From positions 31,808 to 95,807 of the forward strand of contig JAGWAZ010000018.1 in the NCBI GenBank assembly GCA_021296135.1: 64,000 nt of DNA, written 5' to 3'. Positions 48,538 to 57,497 of the stretch are shown here, piece after piece. Numbering within the stretch: the stretch's first letter is position 1; each line of letters opens with the position of its first letter. This DNA is from Chlorobiota bacterium (GTDB lineage Bacteria; Bacteroidota; Ignavibacteria; OLB7). The notes below the pieces were generated by a model. It worked only from the letters and a program-made list of their open reading frames with translations, ran no database searches and was not told where the DNA came from. The position numbers and the translations under genes are program-made.

Positions 48538-51225
48538 ATGGCATTGCATAAAGACTTACCAAAATCACCGCACACTATACTTGACCCTAAGATCAGGTGG
48601 TTTCCGGCCGATGAGGTATTGCGTGATAAGGGTTATGAAAAATTATTGCCACCATTGGTTCATAAACTGCGACAGGAAGTGGCTGATTGGCGAGCCAAAA
48701 ATTATGCGGGAGTGAGTGACACTGGCCGAGCTCTTTTGGAGTGGTGGTTTAATACACCGCACCCGATAGAGACCGCCGACGGCATGGCGAATTTTCAATA
48801 CTACTTTGCTCAACGAGAGGCGGTGGAGACAATTATTTATTGTTATGAAGTAGCGGATGTTAAGGATAAATACGATTTGATTCGTTACGATAGCTCCGAG
48901 GCTGTCTCGGCCAGTATGTTCCCCGAGAATTGGCTTCGGTTGGTTATAAAAATGGCGACCGGCAGTGGAAAAACAAAAGTAATGAGTTTACTCATCGCCT
49001 GGAGCTATTTTCACAAACTGTATGAGGAGACATCGGGCTTGTCGCGCAATTTCTTGCTCATCACTCCCAACATTATCGTGCTCGATCGTATCAAAAGTGA
49101 TTTTGCCGGATTAAAAATATTCTGGGAAGACCCGATTTTGCCGGATAATGGTTTTGCCGGACAAAATTGGCAGGACGATTTTCAAATGACCATACATATG
49201 CAGGACAATGTCGGTACTGTCTCAAAAACCGGCAATATCTTTTTAACCAACATCCACCGCGTGTATAGCAGTAAAGATGTGGTGCCGAGTGCGGACGATG
49301 ATGACACTATGGATTACTTTCTCGGTGAGCGACCGGTTGCCAACACTAGTGATTCAAAAGTTAACCTCGGTGAGATTGTGCGGGATATTGACGAGCTAAT
49401 GGTACTAAATGACGAAGCCCACCATATCCATGACGAACGACTGGCTTGGTTTAAGTCCATTGAAGACATTAGCAATCGTATGAAAATGAAAGATGAATTT
49501 CTATCTTTGCAAATTGATGTTACCGCCACCCCCAAACATAACAACGGCTCAATCTTTGTCCAGACAGTTTCCGATTATCCATTGGTGGAAGCAATTTATC
49601 AGGATGTGGTAAAGCGCCCGGTGCTACCCGATGCTGCCAGTCGCGCCAAATTGCAAGAATACAAAAGTGCCAAATTCACCGAAAAATACAAAGATTATAT
49701 TCATCTTGGATATTTGGAGTGGCAGAAGGCCTATAAAGTACATGAGAAGATGGGCAAGAAAGCAATCTTCTTCATTATGACTGACGACACCAGGAATTGC
49801 GATGAAGTGGCGGAATACTTGATTAACAATCCGGCCTATCCGGAATTTCAATCAGAAAAAGATGTACTGGTTATTCACACAAAAAAGAATGGTGAAATAT
49901 CAGAGAGTGTGACCGGCAAAAAAGAAGAGGAGTTAAAAAAGTTACGCCAAGCCGCTAATGAGATTGATAACTGGGACAGTCCGCATAAAGCCATTATTTC
50001 CGTCTTAATGCTTAAAGAAGGGTGGGATACAAAGAATGTTACTACTATTGTCGGTCTGCGGGCTTATTCAGCCAAGAGTAATATTTTACCCGAGCAAACC
50101 CTCGGCCGGGGTTTGCGCCGAATGTACCGCGATAAAGATGTGACCGAGTATGTCAGTGTGGTCGGTACGGACGCTTTTATGGATTTTGTGGAATCGATCA
50201 GGAGCGAAGGGGTCGAACTCGAGACCACTAAAATGGGTACCGGGACGGAACCAAAAACACCGCTGGTAATTGAGGTAGATAAAGAAAACCCTAAAAAAGA
50301 TATTGAAAAACTGGATATTGAGATTCCTATTTTGTCACCGCGTATTTATAGAGAGTATAAAAATCTTTCTGATTTGGACATCAGCGATTTTACCCATAAC
50401 AAAATTGCTGTCAAAGAGTTTAGCGAAAAGGAGAAAAAGCAAATTGTTTTTCGTGATATAACTTCCGGCGATATTACACACACAACCGAATTCGACAATA
50501 ATTTTGTACCTAACTATCAAAGTGTGATCGGCTACTTCACGCAAATTATCAGAAAAGAGCTTAGACTGGTGGGCGGATACGATGTCTTGTATGAAAAAGT
50601 GAAATACTTTGTTATCGACCATCTTTTTGAGCAAGAAGTTGACTTAAACGATCTTAATATCCTGCGTAACTTGTCAGAAATGGAAGCGTCAAAGACCATT
50701 GTGGAAACTTTCAAGAAAGAGATTAATGAATTGACTGTCTTGGATAAAGGTGAAGCGGAAATCCGTAACTATATAAAAGTCAGCCAAGCAAGACCGTTTG
50801 TAATTAAGGACCAGGGATTTGTGGTGCCCCAAAAGAGCGTCTTCAATAAAATCGTCGGTGATAGTCATTTTGAGTTGCAATTCGCCGGCTTTTTAGAAGG
50901 TTGTGATGACATCATTTCGTATGCCAAAGACTATTTTGCGGTAAATTTCAAAATTGACTACAAAGACGCGGACGGAAATATTAGAGATTATTATCCGGAT
51001 TTCTTGGTTAAGGTATCAAATAAAGAGATGTACATCGTAGAGACCAAGGGGTTTGAAGATTTGGACGCTGTGGAAAAAAGAGAGCGATTGTATCAGTGGT
51101 GTGAGGATATCAATGCGGTGCAGAAAAAAGTGAAATTCACCGCCCTATATATCAAGCAAGAGGACTTTGAAAAATACACCCCCGAGAATTTTGGTGAGTT
51201 GGTGAGTAGTTTTGGTGATAAGTAA
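48538..51225 (+). CDS. res: Type III restriction endonuclease Res subunit (SF2 helicase + PD-(D/E)xK)
   Basis: Walker A MATGSGKT, DEAH VLNDEAHH, helicase motif VI QTLGRGLR, C-terminal nuclease YYPDF...VETKG. Confidence 0.85.
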   Translation: MALHKDLPKSPHTILDPKIRWFPADEVLRDKGYEKLLPPLVHKLRQEVADWRAKNYAGVSDTGRALLEWWFNTPHPIETADGMANFQYYFAQREAVETIIYCYEVADVKDKYDLIRYDSSEAVSASMFPENWLRLVIKMATGSGKTKVMSLLIAWSYFHKLYEETSGLSRNFLLITPNIIVLDRIKSDFAGLKIFWEDPILPDNGFAGQNWQDDFQMTIHMQDNVGTVSKTGNIFLTNIHRVYSSKDVVPSADDDDTMDYFLGERPVANTSDSKVNLGEIVRDIDELMVLNDEAHHIHDERLAWFKSIEDISNRMKMKDEFLSLQIDVTATPKHNNGSIFVQTVSDYPLVEAIYQDVVKRPVLPDAASRAKLQEYKSAKFTEKYKDYIHLGYLEWQKAYKVHEKMGKKAIFFIMTDDTRNCDEVAEYLINNPAYPEFQSEKDVLVIHTKKNGEISESVTGKKEEELKKLRQAANEIDNWDSPHKAIISVLMLKEGWDTKNVTTIVGLRAYSAKSNILPEQTLGRGLRRMYRDKDVTEYVSVVGTDAFMDFVESIRSEGVELETTKMGTGTEPKTPLVIEVDKENPKKDIEKLDIEIPILSPRIYREYKNLSDLDISDFTHNKIAVKEFSEKEKKQIVFRDITSGDITHTTEFDNNFVPNYQSVIGYFTQIIRKELRLVGGYDVLYEKVKYFVIDHLFEQEVDLNDLNILRNLSEMEASKTIVETFKKEINELTVLDKGEAEIRNYIKVSQARPFVIKDQGFVVPQKSVFNKIVGDSHFELQFAGFLEGCDDIISYAKDYFAVNFKIDYKDADGNIRDYYPDFLVKVSNKEMYIVETKGFEDLDAVEKRERLYQWCEDINAVQKKVKFTALYIKQEDFEKYTPENFGELVSSFGDK

Positions 51226-51360
51226 TTTTTTAATAAGACTATGCGTATTTATAATAATTTTTTGCGTGCGGATATATTTGAAATGATGCTATAATGAAAA
51301 ATATGAATATAATCCGAGTGATTTGAAAGGTTGGAGATTTGTTGGAATTAAAATAAAAAT

Positions 51361-52227
51361 ATGTTTATCAAAAAAATTACAATTCAAAATTTTCGTGGCA
51401 TTGATAATTTGACACCTCTGGAGATATCAAGAATAAATACCTTTGTTGGTAAAAATGATTCTGGTAAATCCGCAATCTTACAGGCAATAGGATGCTTTTT
51501 TGACGAGAAAAAGTTTAATAAGAAAGATATATTTAAAGCAAAACCAGATGATGAAAAAACTGTCATTGAAATTTCTTTTTTACCACCCACTGAAATAGAT
51601 AATTTGGCATTAGACAGCCAAGGACAAATTACAATTAAAAAGGAATTTGAGTTAATTGACGGAAAAATAAAGGTAAATTCGTTTTACAAATGTTTTGATT
51701 TCAGAGATGAAAGATATCAAGATTTATGGAACAAAAAAGAAGCCGATCTAAACCAAATTATTACTAACTTAGGAGAAGTGCCAGAGAGATCTGGCCGTGG
51801 AAAGAAAAATGTAATAAGAATTGAACAGATAAAAAATTCTGTTCCATCAGATGTTGTGCGGGAGAATAGATATAATCCTCTTGGCAATTATATAAAAAAT
51901 TTGGATAAAATATACGGAAGTGTGACATATCCTGAGTATTCTCTTTTTACTGCTGAACAAGATTTGAATATTGAAGCGACAAATTTTCAATCACAATTTA
52001 AGCCAATTATCTCTGCATACTTTTATAAAACCGAGACACAGACAGCAGAAATTGAGGCAGGCTTGAAAGAAGATTTAGCAATAGAGTTTGAAGAAATCAG
52101 AAAATTCATGAAGAAAAATGTCTCGGGTTTAAAAAAATTCAATCCCACAACTGAATTTGATTGGACGAAATCTCTTAAGAAGTTTGATTTAAATCTTGAA
52201 TTTGAGGGTCATGAATTTGATTACTAA
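51361..52227 (+). CDS. OLD-family nuclease, N-terminal ABC-ATPase half (Walker A)
   Basis: MFIKKITIQNFRGID...FVGKNDSGKSAILQAIG; stops at TAA overlapping next ATG (TAATG). Confidence 0.65.
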   Translation: MFIKKITIQNFRGIDNLTPLEISRINTFVGKNDSGKSAILQAIGCFFDEKKFNKKDIFKAKPDDEKTVIEISFLPPTEIDNLALDSQGQITIKKEFELIDGKIKVNSFYKCFDFRDERYQDLWNKKEADLNQIITNLGEVPERSGRGKKNVIRIEQIKNSVPSDVVRENRYNPLGNYIKNLDKIYGSVTYPEYSLFTAEQDLNIEATNFQSQFKPIISAYFYKTETQTAEIEAGLKEDLAIEFEEIRKFMKKNVSGLKKFNPTTEFDWTKSLKKFDLNLEFEGHEFDY

Positions 52228-53135
52228 TGGTTGCATATTTTGAACATCTTGCCAGTAAGCAAACTATGAGAGAGCATATTTTTGCAATTGAAGAACCAGA
52301 GACTTATTTACATCCTTCTGCTCAAGAAGACTTACTTAAATCTATTATAAAGATTTCCGAAAATTCTCAATTTTTTATAACCACACATTCTCCTATATTT
52401 GCTGGTGCAACTAATGGCGAAAATTCAATCTTGGTCTCAAAAAATGCAAGTGGGGTATCTCAATATAACAGAGGATCTGAGGATATAATACAGAAAATCA
52501 TTTCTGAACTTGGTATAAAACCAGATCATAATTTAATCAGAGAATGCAAGTTTTTGGTTTTTGCTGAGGGTGCAGACGATGTTAAATTTTTAAATATTGC
52601 AGCAAGAACTCTACTGGACAAAGATTTGAGCAAAGATGGTATAGTCTGTCTGATTGGTGGTGGGTCATCTCTATCAAATTATGCAGACTTGGATTTATTT
52701 AAGCAGATTCATGGAGAAAAATATGCGGTAATTGTAGATGGTGATAATGGCGACGAGAGAAAGCAGATAGAGAAAGTAAAAATTAAATCCAAGTGCGATT
52801 CAGATGGTGCTTTATTTAAACAATTGTCTAAACGAGAAATTGAAAATTTTTGTCCTCCGGAAAAGATAAAAGAGTGTTACATCTCAGAAATTAGAAGTAA
52901 AGAGGGGGCTGAGAGTATCAACCCTAGAATAACCAAAATAGACAAAACGACACTTACGATAGATGATGATACAGATGTCGAAAAATATTTAAAGGATCAA
53001 GGAATAAACGGTTTTAAAAATGGAATGAATATTAAAGTTTTTGAATCAATGGATATCTCTGACTGGGAATCTGTAGATGGTGACAACGAAATAAAAACAT
53101 TTCTTGAATCAGTGTACGAAAGAATTGAAAGGTAA
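52227..53135 (+). CDS. OLD-family nuclease, C-terminal half: ABC Walker B/H-loop + TOPRIM domain
   Basis: IFAIEEPETYLHP (Walker B/D-loop), ITTHSP (H-loop), TOPRIM FLVFAEGADDVKF ... AVIVDGDNGDE. Confidence 0.65.
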   Translation: MVAYFEHLASKQTMREHIFAIEEPETYLHPSAQEDLLKSIIKISENSQFFITTHSPIFAGATNGENSILVSKNASGVSQYNRGSEDIIQKIISELGIKPDHNLIRECKFLVFAEGADDVKFLNIAARTLLDKDLSKDGIVCLIGGGSSLSNYADLDLFKQIHGEKYAVIVDGDNGDERKQIEKVKIKSKCDSDGALFKQLSKREIENFCPPEKIKECYISEIRSKEGAESINPRITKIDKTTLTIDDDTDVEKYLKDQGINGFKNGMNIKVFESMDISDWESVDGDNEIKTFLESVYERIER

Positions 53136-53788
53136 TAAACATGTCCAATTAACGCTTGGAGAGTTATAACGAATATAATCAAAGTCGCCCAAGTGAACAC
53201 CAAGCAGGCACACGAACGAATGTGAGTGGCCCATGCGAGGTGCTTCTGCAGTGTGAGCGATTGATACATAACCATAGAGTATAAGGTACGGCACCAAGTG
53301 CTCGGGGCGTCCGTTTGATGTCAATCGTTAAGGCAAAGAGTACAGGCGAGGACGCCGCAAAAACACCGCCCGAGCGTTAGCGATGGCGGGGTCTCTGGCC
53401 GGATAAATTTCATACCTTATCGGGGTGGGTAGTATTGGTGGTGTTTTGGTGAGCGGTGAGGTGGGGCGGGAAATATGAATGAAATTTGTCTGGTCAGAGA
53501 GGTGGATTTAACGGTTGCTTTGCTTCAAGCTCTCACAAGTTGACAAGTGGACACAGAATAGCAGCGGAGATGATTCCGTGAGTAGCCCATCGGGCAAGAC
53601 GGCTAAGAACGAGAGAGACCGGTAAGAACGGCTGAGAAAAGGGAATACCCGTTGGGTACTGAAACCGCCATCCGGGAAGGACAGGTTCTAAACTGGCCCG
53701 CTGTTCAGCAGGCCGGTGCAAGTCGGGGAGAATTCGCCAAGGGACAAAGGTGAATGATGATCGCAAAGGTGAAGCGATGAGCAGCGAC

Positions 53789-54928
53789 ATGAAGATTCGA
53801 AAACTAGGCCTGAACAATTGGAAGAATTTCCCCAAGGTCGAGGTCGCCATAGAGGATCGCGTCTTTCTCGTAGGGCCTAACGCATCGGGGAAATCCAACT
53901 TCCTCGATGTTTTTCGGTTCTTGGGTGATCTCGCTGTTCCTGGCGGCGGTTTTCAGGAGGCGGTCCGTCGGCGCGGTGGGGTGAGCGCCATCCGGTGCTT
54001 GGCGGCGCGTAGCAGGCCGGATATCGAGGTCCATGTGGAATTGCAGAGTGAAAGAGGGGAGTCTCGATGGGAGTATGAGATCGCTTTCCATCAGGACAAG
54101 CAGCGTCGGCCACTTCTCCGCAAAGAACGTGTAATCCACGATCAGAGTCCGCTTGTTGATCGGCCCAACAAAGATGACAAGGACGATCCTGCGCGTTTGA
54201 CACAGACCCACCTCGAGCAAGTGAACGTCAACAAGCCCTTTCGCCCCCTGGTGGAGTTCTTTACATCTATCCGGTATCTGCACATCGTCCCGCAGCTCGT
54301 GCGCGAGCCCGATCGTTCGGTCGGGCGAACGAACGACCCTTATGGAGGCGATTTCCTGGAGCAGGTAACAAAGACCCAGGAACGAACGCGCAATGCGCGG
54401 CTAAAGCGCATACAGCAAGCCCTTCGGGTCGCTGTTCCCCGACTCGAAGAAATCGGTCTGTGGCGCGACGCCCGCGGCACGCCACACCTGCGGGGCAAGC
54501 ACCGACATTGGCGCCCGCAGGGGGCCTGGCAGACGGAAGAGCAATTCTCGGACGGAACCTTGCGGCTCATGGGGCTTCTCTGGGCGACCATGGAGAAGAA
54601 GGGGCCGTTGCTCCTCGAAGAGCCGGAGCTCTCGCTCCATCCGGAGATTGTGCGCGTCTTGCCCCAAATGCTTGCCCGGGTTCAGCGAAAAACTGGCCGG
54701 CAGATCTTCCTGAGCACCCACTCATCGGACCTGCTGCGAGACGAGGGAATTGGGCTCGACGAGACGCTGCTCATCATTCCCAAAAGAGAAGGTGTCGAGG
54801 TAAAGCCGGCTTCATCGTTCCAGGAATCCCGCGATCTGTTGGCGGGCGGTCTTTCGCTTGCGGATGTCGTAATCCCGAAAACCCGGCCTGAGCGAGCGGA
54901 ACAACTCTCCTTGTTCGGAGGTTCGTGA
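53789..54928 (+). CDS. ABC-type (AAA_15/AAA_21-like) ATPase of abortive-infection/OLD-like systems
   Basis: Walker A GPNASGKSN, signature-like FSDGTLRLMGLL, Walker B LLLEEPELSLHP, H-loop LSTHS; alternative starts at 53750/53777. Confidence 0.7.
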   Translation: MKIRKLGLNNWKNFPKVEVAIEDRVFLVGPNASGKSNFLDVFRFLGDLAVPGGGFQEAVRRRGGVSAIRCLAARSRPDIEVHVELQSERGESRWEYEIAFHQDKQRRPLLRKERVIHDQSPLVDRPNKDDKDDPARLTQTHLEQVNVNKPFRPLVEFFTSIRYLHIVPQLVREPDRSVGRTNDPYGGDFLEQVTKTQERTRNARLKRIQQALRVAVPRLEEIGLWRDARGTPHLRGKHRHWRPQGAWQTEEQFSDGTLRLMGLLWATMEKKGPLLLEEPELSLHPEIVRVLPQMLARVQRKTGRQIFLSTHSSDLLRDEGIGLDETLLIIPKREGVEVKPASSFQESRDLLAGGLSLADVVIPKTRPERAEQLSLFGGS

Positions 54929-55440
54929 ACGTGCCTATATCTACGATCATCTCCGCGGCGGTCGAAGGCGACGTCGACGAAGCGGTCGTCCGAAGGCTGG
55001 TCGCCCATGCGGGCGGACAAACCGGTGACGTATACGGAAAGAACGGCAAGCCTGCGTTGCGTCAGAGAATCGACGGCTATAACAACGCGGCTCGCTACGC
55101 ACCGTGGGTGGTGCTCGTCGATCTCGATAACGATGCCGATTGCGCCCCGTCGATACGCGAAGAGTGGGTACCGGCGCCCGCGCCTAATCTTTGCTTCCGA
55201 ATAGCTGTGCGCGAAGTCGAGGCTTGGCTGATGGCGGATGTTCAAACGCTCGCACGCTATCTGAGCGTAGGATTAAGCAGAATATCCGCGGACCCCGAGA
55301 CGCTGGAATGCCCGAAGGACGCGATGGTCGACTTGGCACGCCGCTCGCGACGCAACGATATCCGTAAGGACATGGTGCCGCGGCAGAAGAGCGGGCGTCG
55401 CGTCGGTCCGGCATACGCGTCGAGACTCAAGCCCTCATGA
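54925..55440 (+). CDS. small TOPRIM-like (E...DxD) protein, DUF4276-like; GTG start overlapping upstream stop (GTGA)
   Basis: SAAVEGDVDEAVV (acidic E) and WVVLVDLDNDADC (LVD/DxD) spaced as in TOPRIM folds; 171 aa. Confidence 0.45.
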   Translation: MNVPISTIISAAVEGDVDEAVVRRLVAHAGGQTGDVYGKNGKPALRQRIDGYNNAARYAPWVVLVDLDNDADCAPSIREEWVPAPAPNLCFRIAVREVEAWLMADVQTLARYLSVGLSRISADPETLECPKDAMVDLARRSRRNDIRKDMVPRQKSGRRVGPAYASRLKPS

Positions 55441-55796
55441 GAATATGGGATCTTCCACCGGCTCTGCTCTGCCGGCAACACCTTCTCGGTGAACACCGGG
55501 AGCTGCACGGGCTGTGGAACGTGTTGACTCAAGGAAAGACGGGATACCGGCGGCATCCAGAAACACAGAGGTGGGTCGGCCGCCTGGCGGCCTTGTACAG
55601 CCGGCACGAAGCCTTGGTCGGCGAAATGCTCGCCCGCGGCTATCGACACAAGTCACCGCTGGATGCATCGCTCGCCACCGGACTCGGGACTCAGAGCCAG
55701 CTAATCGATTCTTTGAGCGATCAGTACAAGATCCTGTGCAGCAAGCCGTGCCCATGTCCTCTGGCCCAGTGGACCGCCAACGACACGAGGGAGTAG
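55437..55796 (+). CDS. pyrimidine-dimer DNA glycosylase (T4 endonuclease V/DenV, Pyr_excise) family protein
   Basis: MRIWDLPPALLCRQHLLGEHRELHGLW aligns with T4 DenV [28 protein letters not shown] (catalytic N-terminus, E-x-REL). ATGA overlap with upstream gene. Confidence 0.6.
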   Translation: MRIWDLPPALLCRQHLLGEHRELHGLWNVLTQGKTGYRRHPETQRWVGRLAALYSRHEALVGEMLARGYRHKSPLDASLATGLGTQSQLIDSLSDQYKILCSKPCPCPLAQWTANDTRE

Positions 55797-55852
55797 ACCG
55801 CAGGTCGGATGAGACGAATCGATCTCCTGAGATGTGCATGGCCTCTAGTAAG

Positions 55853-55875
55853 GGCCGTCGCTTCGGCCGTTTTTT
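55853..55875 (+). terminator. Rho-independent terminator candidate (GGCCG-tcgctt-CGGCC + T6) after the ATPase/TOPRIM-like/DenV-like operon
   Basis: 5-bp GC stem, 6-nt loop, followed by GTTTTTT. Confidence 0.4.
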
Positions 55876-56157
55876 CGACCTGAAGAGAGGAAGTCATCTT
55901 GACACCGCTTTCGCTTTTGCCGAACGGCCAGAATTCTATAAGAACCCTTTGAATAAGATCTCATTATATCCACATTCTTCTTTATTTGAAGAATATTCCT
56001 TTTTCTGTTGAGTGTTTTATGATTTTCTGGACTCATTGTTCTCCTTTTCTGTGCTTCTTCGGTCTTTTTCGACCCAAAAGGACACACCTTTCCCCTTGGT
56101 TATACCTTTGACAGTATATACTCTGCCCTGAAAATATTCTACAACATACAATTGAAA

Positions 56158-56908
56158 TCAAATCGTAATTGATTCCGCTCCAAGGTCTTCGCTACTGCTT
56201 TGCTGTAATGCAATTTCTCTTTTAGCTAAGCAAAAGGATGTTCTACCTTGCAGCGTATTCGGGACCTCTTTTTGTTGCCTTTTTTTGGGTGTTGGACAGC
56301 TTCTTTCTCCTTGTCCCTTTCTCCAGTATACCATAGTATACTCCCTCCTTTCGAGCCTTTCGTTTATCACTCTTCTTCGAATAGGCGCTATCCCCGAATA
56401 CCGCCTTCTCATCTCCACTCAACAAAGCCTCTTTTACTTGTGAGTCATGAGGTCGGGCAGATGTAAAGGCGCGTTTGCGTATCAAAGTACTTCCTACATC
56501 GACACCTATATGCCCTTTGTATCGAAAATACTTCTTGCCTCCTTTGACTGTTGAATGTGCATCAGTATCTATTTGTGAGGAAGGATGCTCATCGAACGCT
56601 GCTCTTCGTTCTTTGCTCAATGCTCTTGTGGTCGATGGGATAATCGTGGCATCTACACAGGTACCCTTCTTCAACAGCAAACCCTTCGATTCTATAAAGG
56701 ATAAGATCAATGCAAATACCTTGTCATTGAGCTTCTCTTTTATCAACGACTCCTTAAAACGCCATATCGTGGTAAACTCTGGTACCGTTGTGGCATAATC
56801 GATCCCTGCAAAGCGCTGGAAACTCAAGCGATCATTCACCTGGTCTTCTAACTCAGGGTCGCTTAAATTATACAGGTGTTGTAAAAACAGCATTTTCACT
56901 TTGCTCAA
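56158..56908 (-). mobile_element. IS5/IS1182-like DDE transposase, probably degenerate (221-aa ORF + out-of-frame tail)
   Basis: MLFLQHLYNLSDPELEDQVNDRLSFQRFAGI (InsH-like N-terminus), CVDATII and GDSAY DDE signatures; C-terminal region absent/out of frame. Confidence 0.5.
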
Positions 56909-57138
56909 GAGGTCTCGATGGGGGCACTTCCGATGATAGGATTGGTCTTATCTACTACTTTGACCAGTTTCAACACCTCGTTCCAATCTACTATGGCGTT
57001 TATCTTGTCTAGTTTTACCGAAACTCTGCTGGGTTTTCTACTTTGACTTAGTTCTATGTCTGAAAAACTTAATTGGCTCATGATCGATTTTTTCTATAGA
57101 TTTACCAAAATGGATGCCCTTTTGCAAAGGGTTCTATT

Positions 57139-57324
57139 AGTTGATGCAAGGCAAACTCCTGTCGATAGGCCATAGTGCTTCGCTTTGATGGAGTTATTAT
57201 CAGAAAGCTACGGCATCGCTTCGGCAAGAGGAAGCTTCCGGGTTTCCTCATTCTGCCTTCAGGCCGATTTTCTGTCGCCTTATGACTCCTCCGGCAGCCG
57301 TTGCACTTCAGAGTTGAATTCGGG
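57139..57324. repeat. Direct repeat copy 2 (186 bp) of IS30-derived sequence (remnant only)
   Basis: Near-identical to 45916-46100; contains ...RSTMAYRQEFALHQLI coding remnant. Confidence 0.8.
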
Positions 57325-57497
57325 CAGTCTATCAGCCATTGCCTTTGCATCGAACACCGCCTGGATGGGATATAAGAATATAGCCATAAATAATATACTA
57401 TTTAGAACATAGCTATGAAAAATTAAAAACGAGGAATCAGGGATACCATACTGAATTGATTTTTTGAATTTTTTATTTTTACTTTTTAATTGCCTTC

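Noticed and set aside
54682-55245. 187-aa - strand ORF and other long antisense ORFs at 53800-55840
   Set aside because: GC-rich segments generate long spurious antisense ORFs; sense-strand ATPase/TOPRIM-like/DenV-like genes carry recognisable motifs and are translationally coupled
57102-57350. 82-aa - strand ORF (MQRQWLIDCPNSTLKCNGCRRSHKATENRPEG...)
   Set aside because: Reads through the IS30-derived remnant repeat in a frame that matches the transposase only for ~20 residues; treated as part of the repeat/relic rather than a gene
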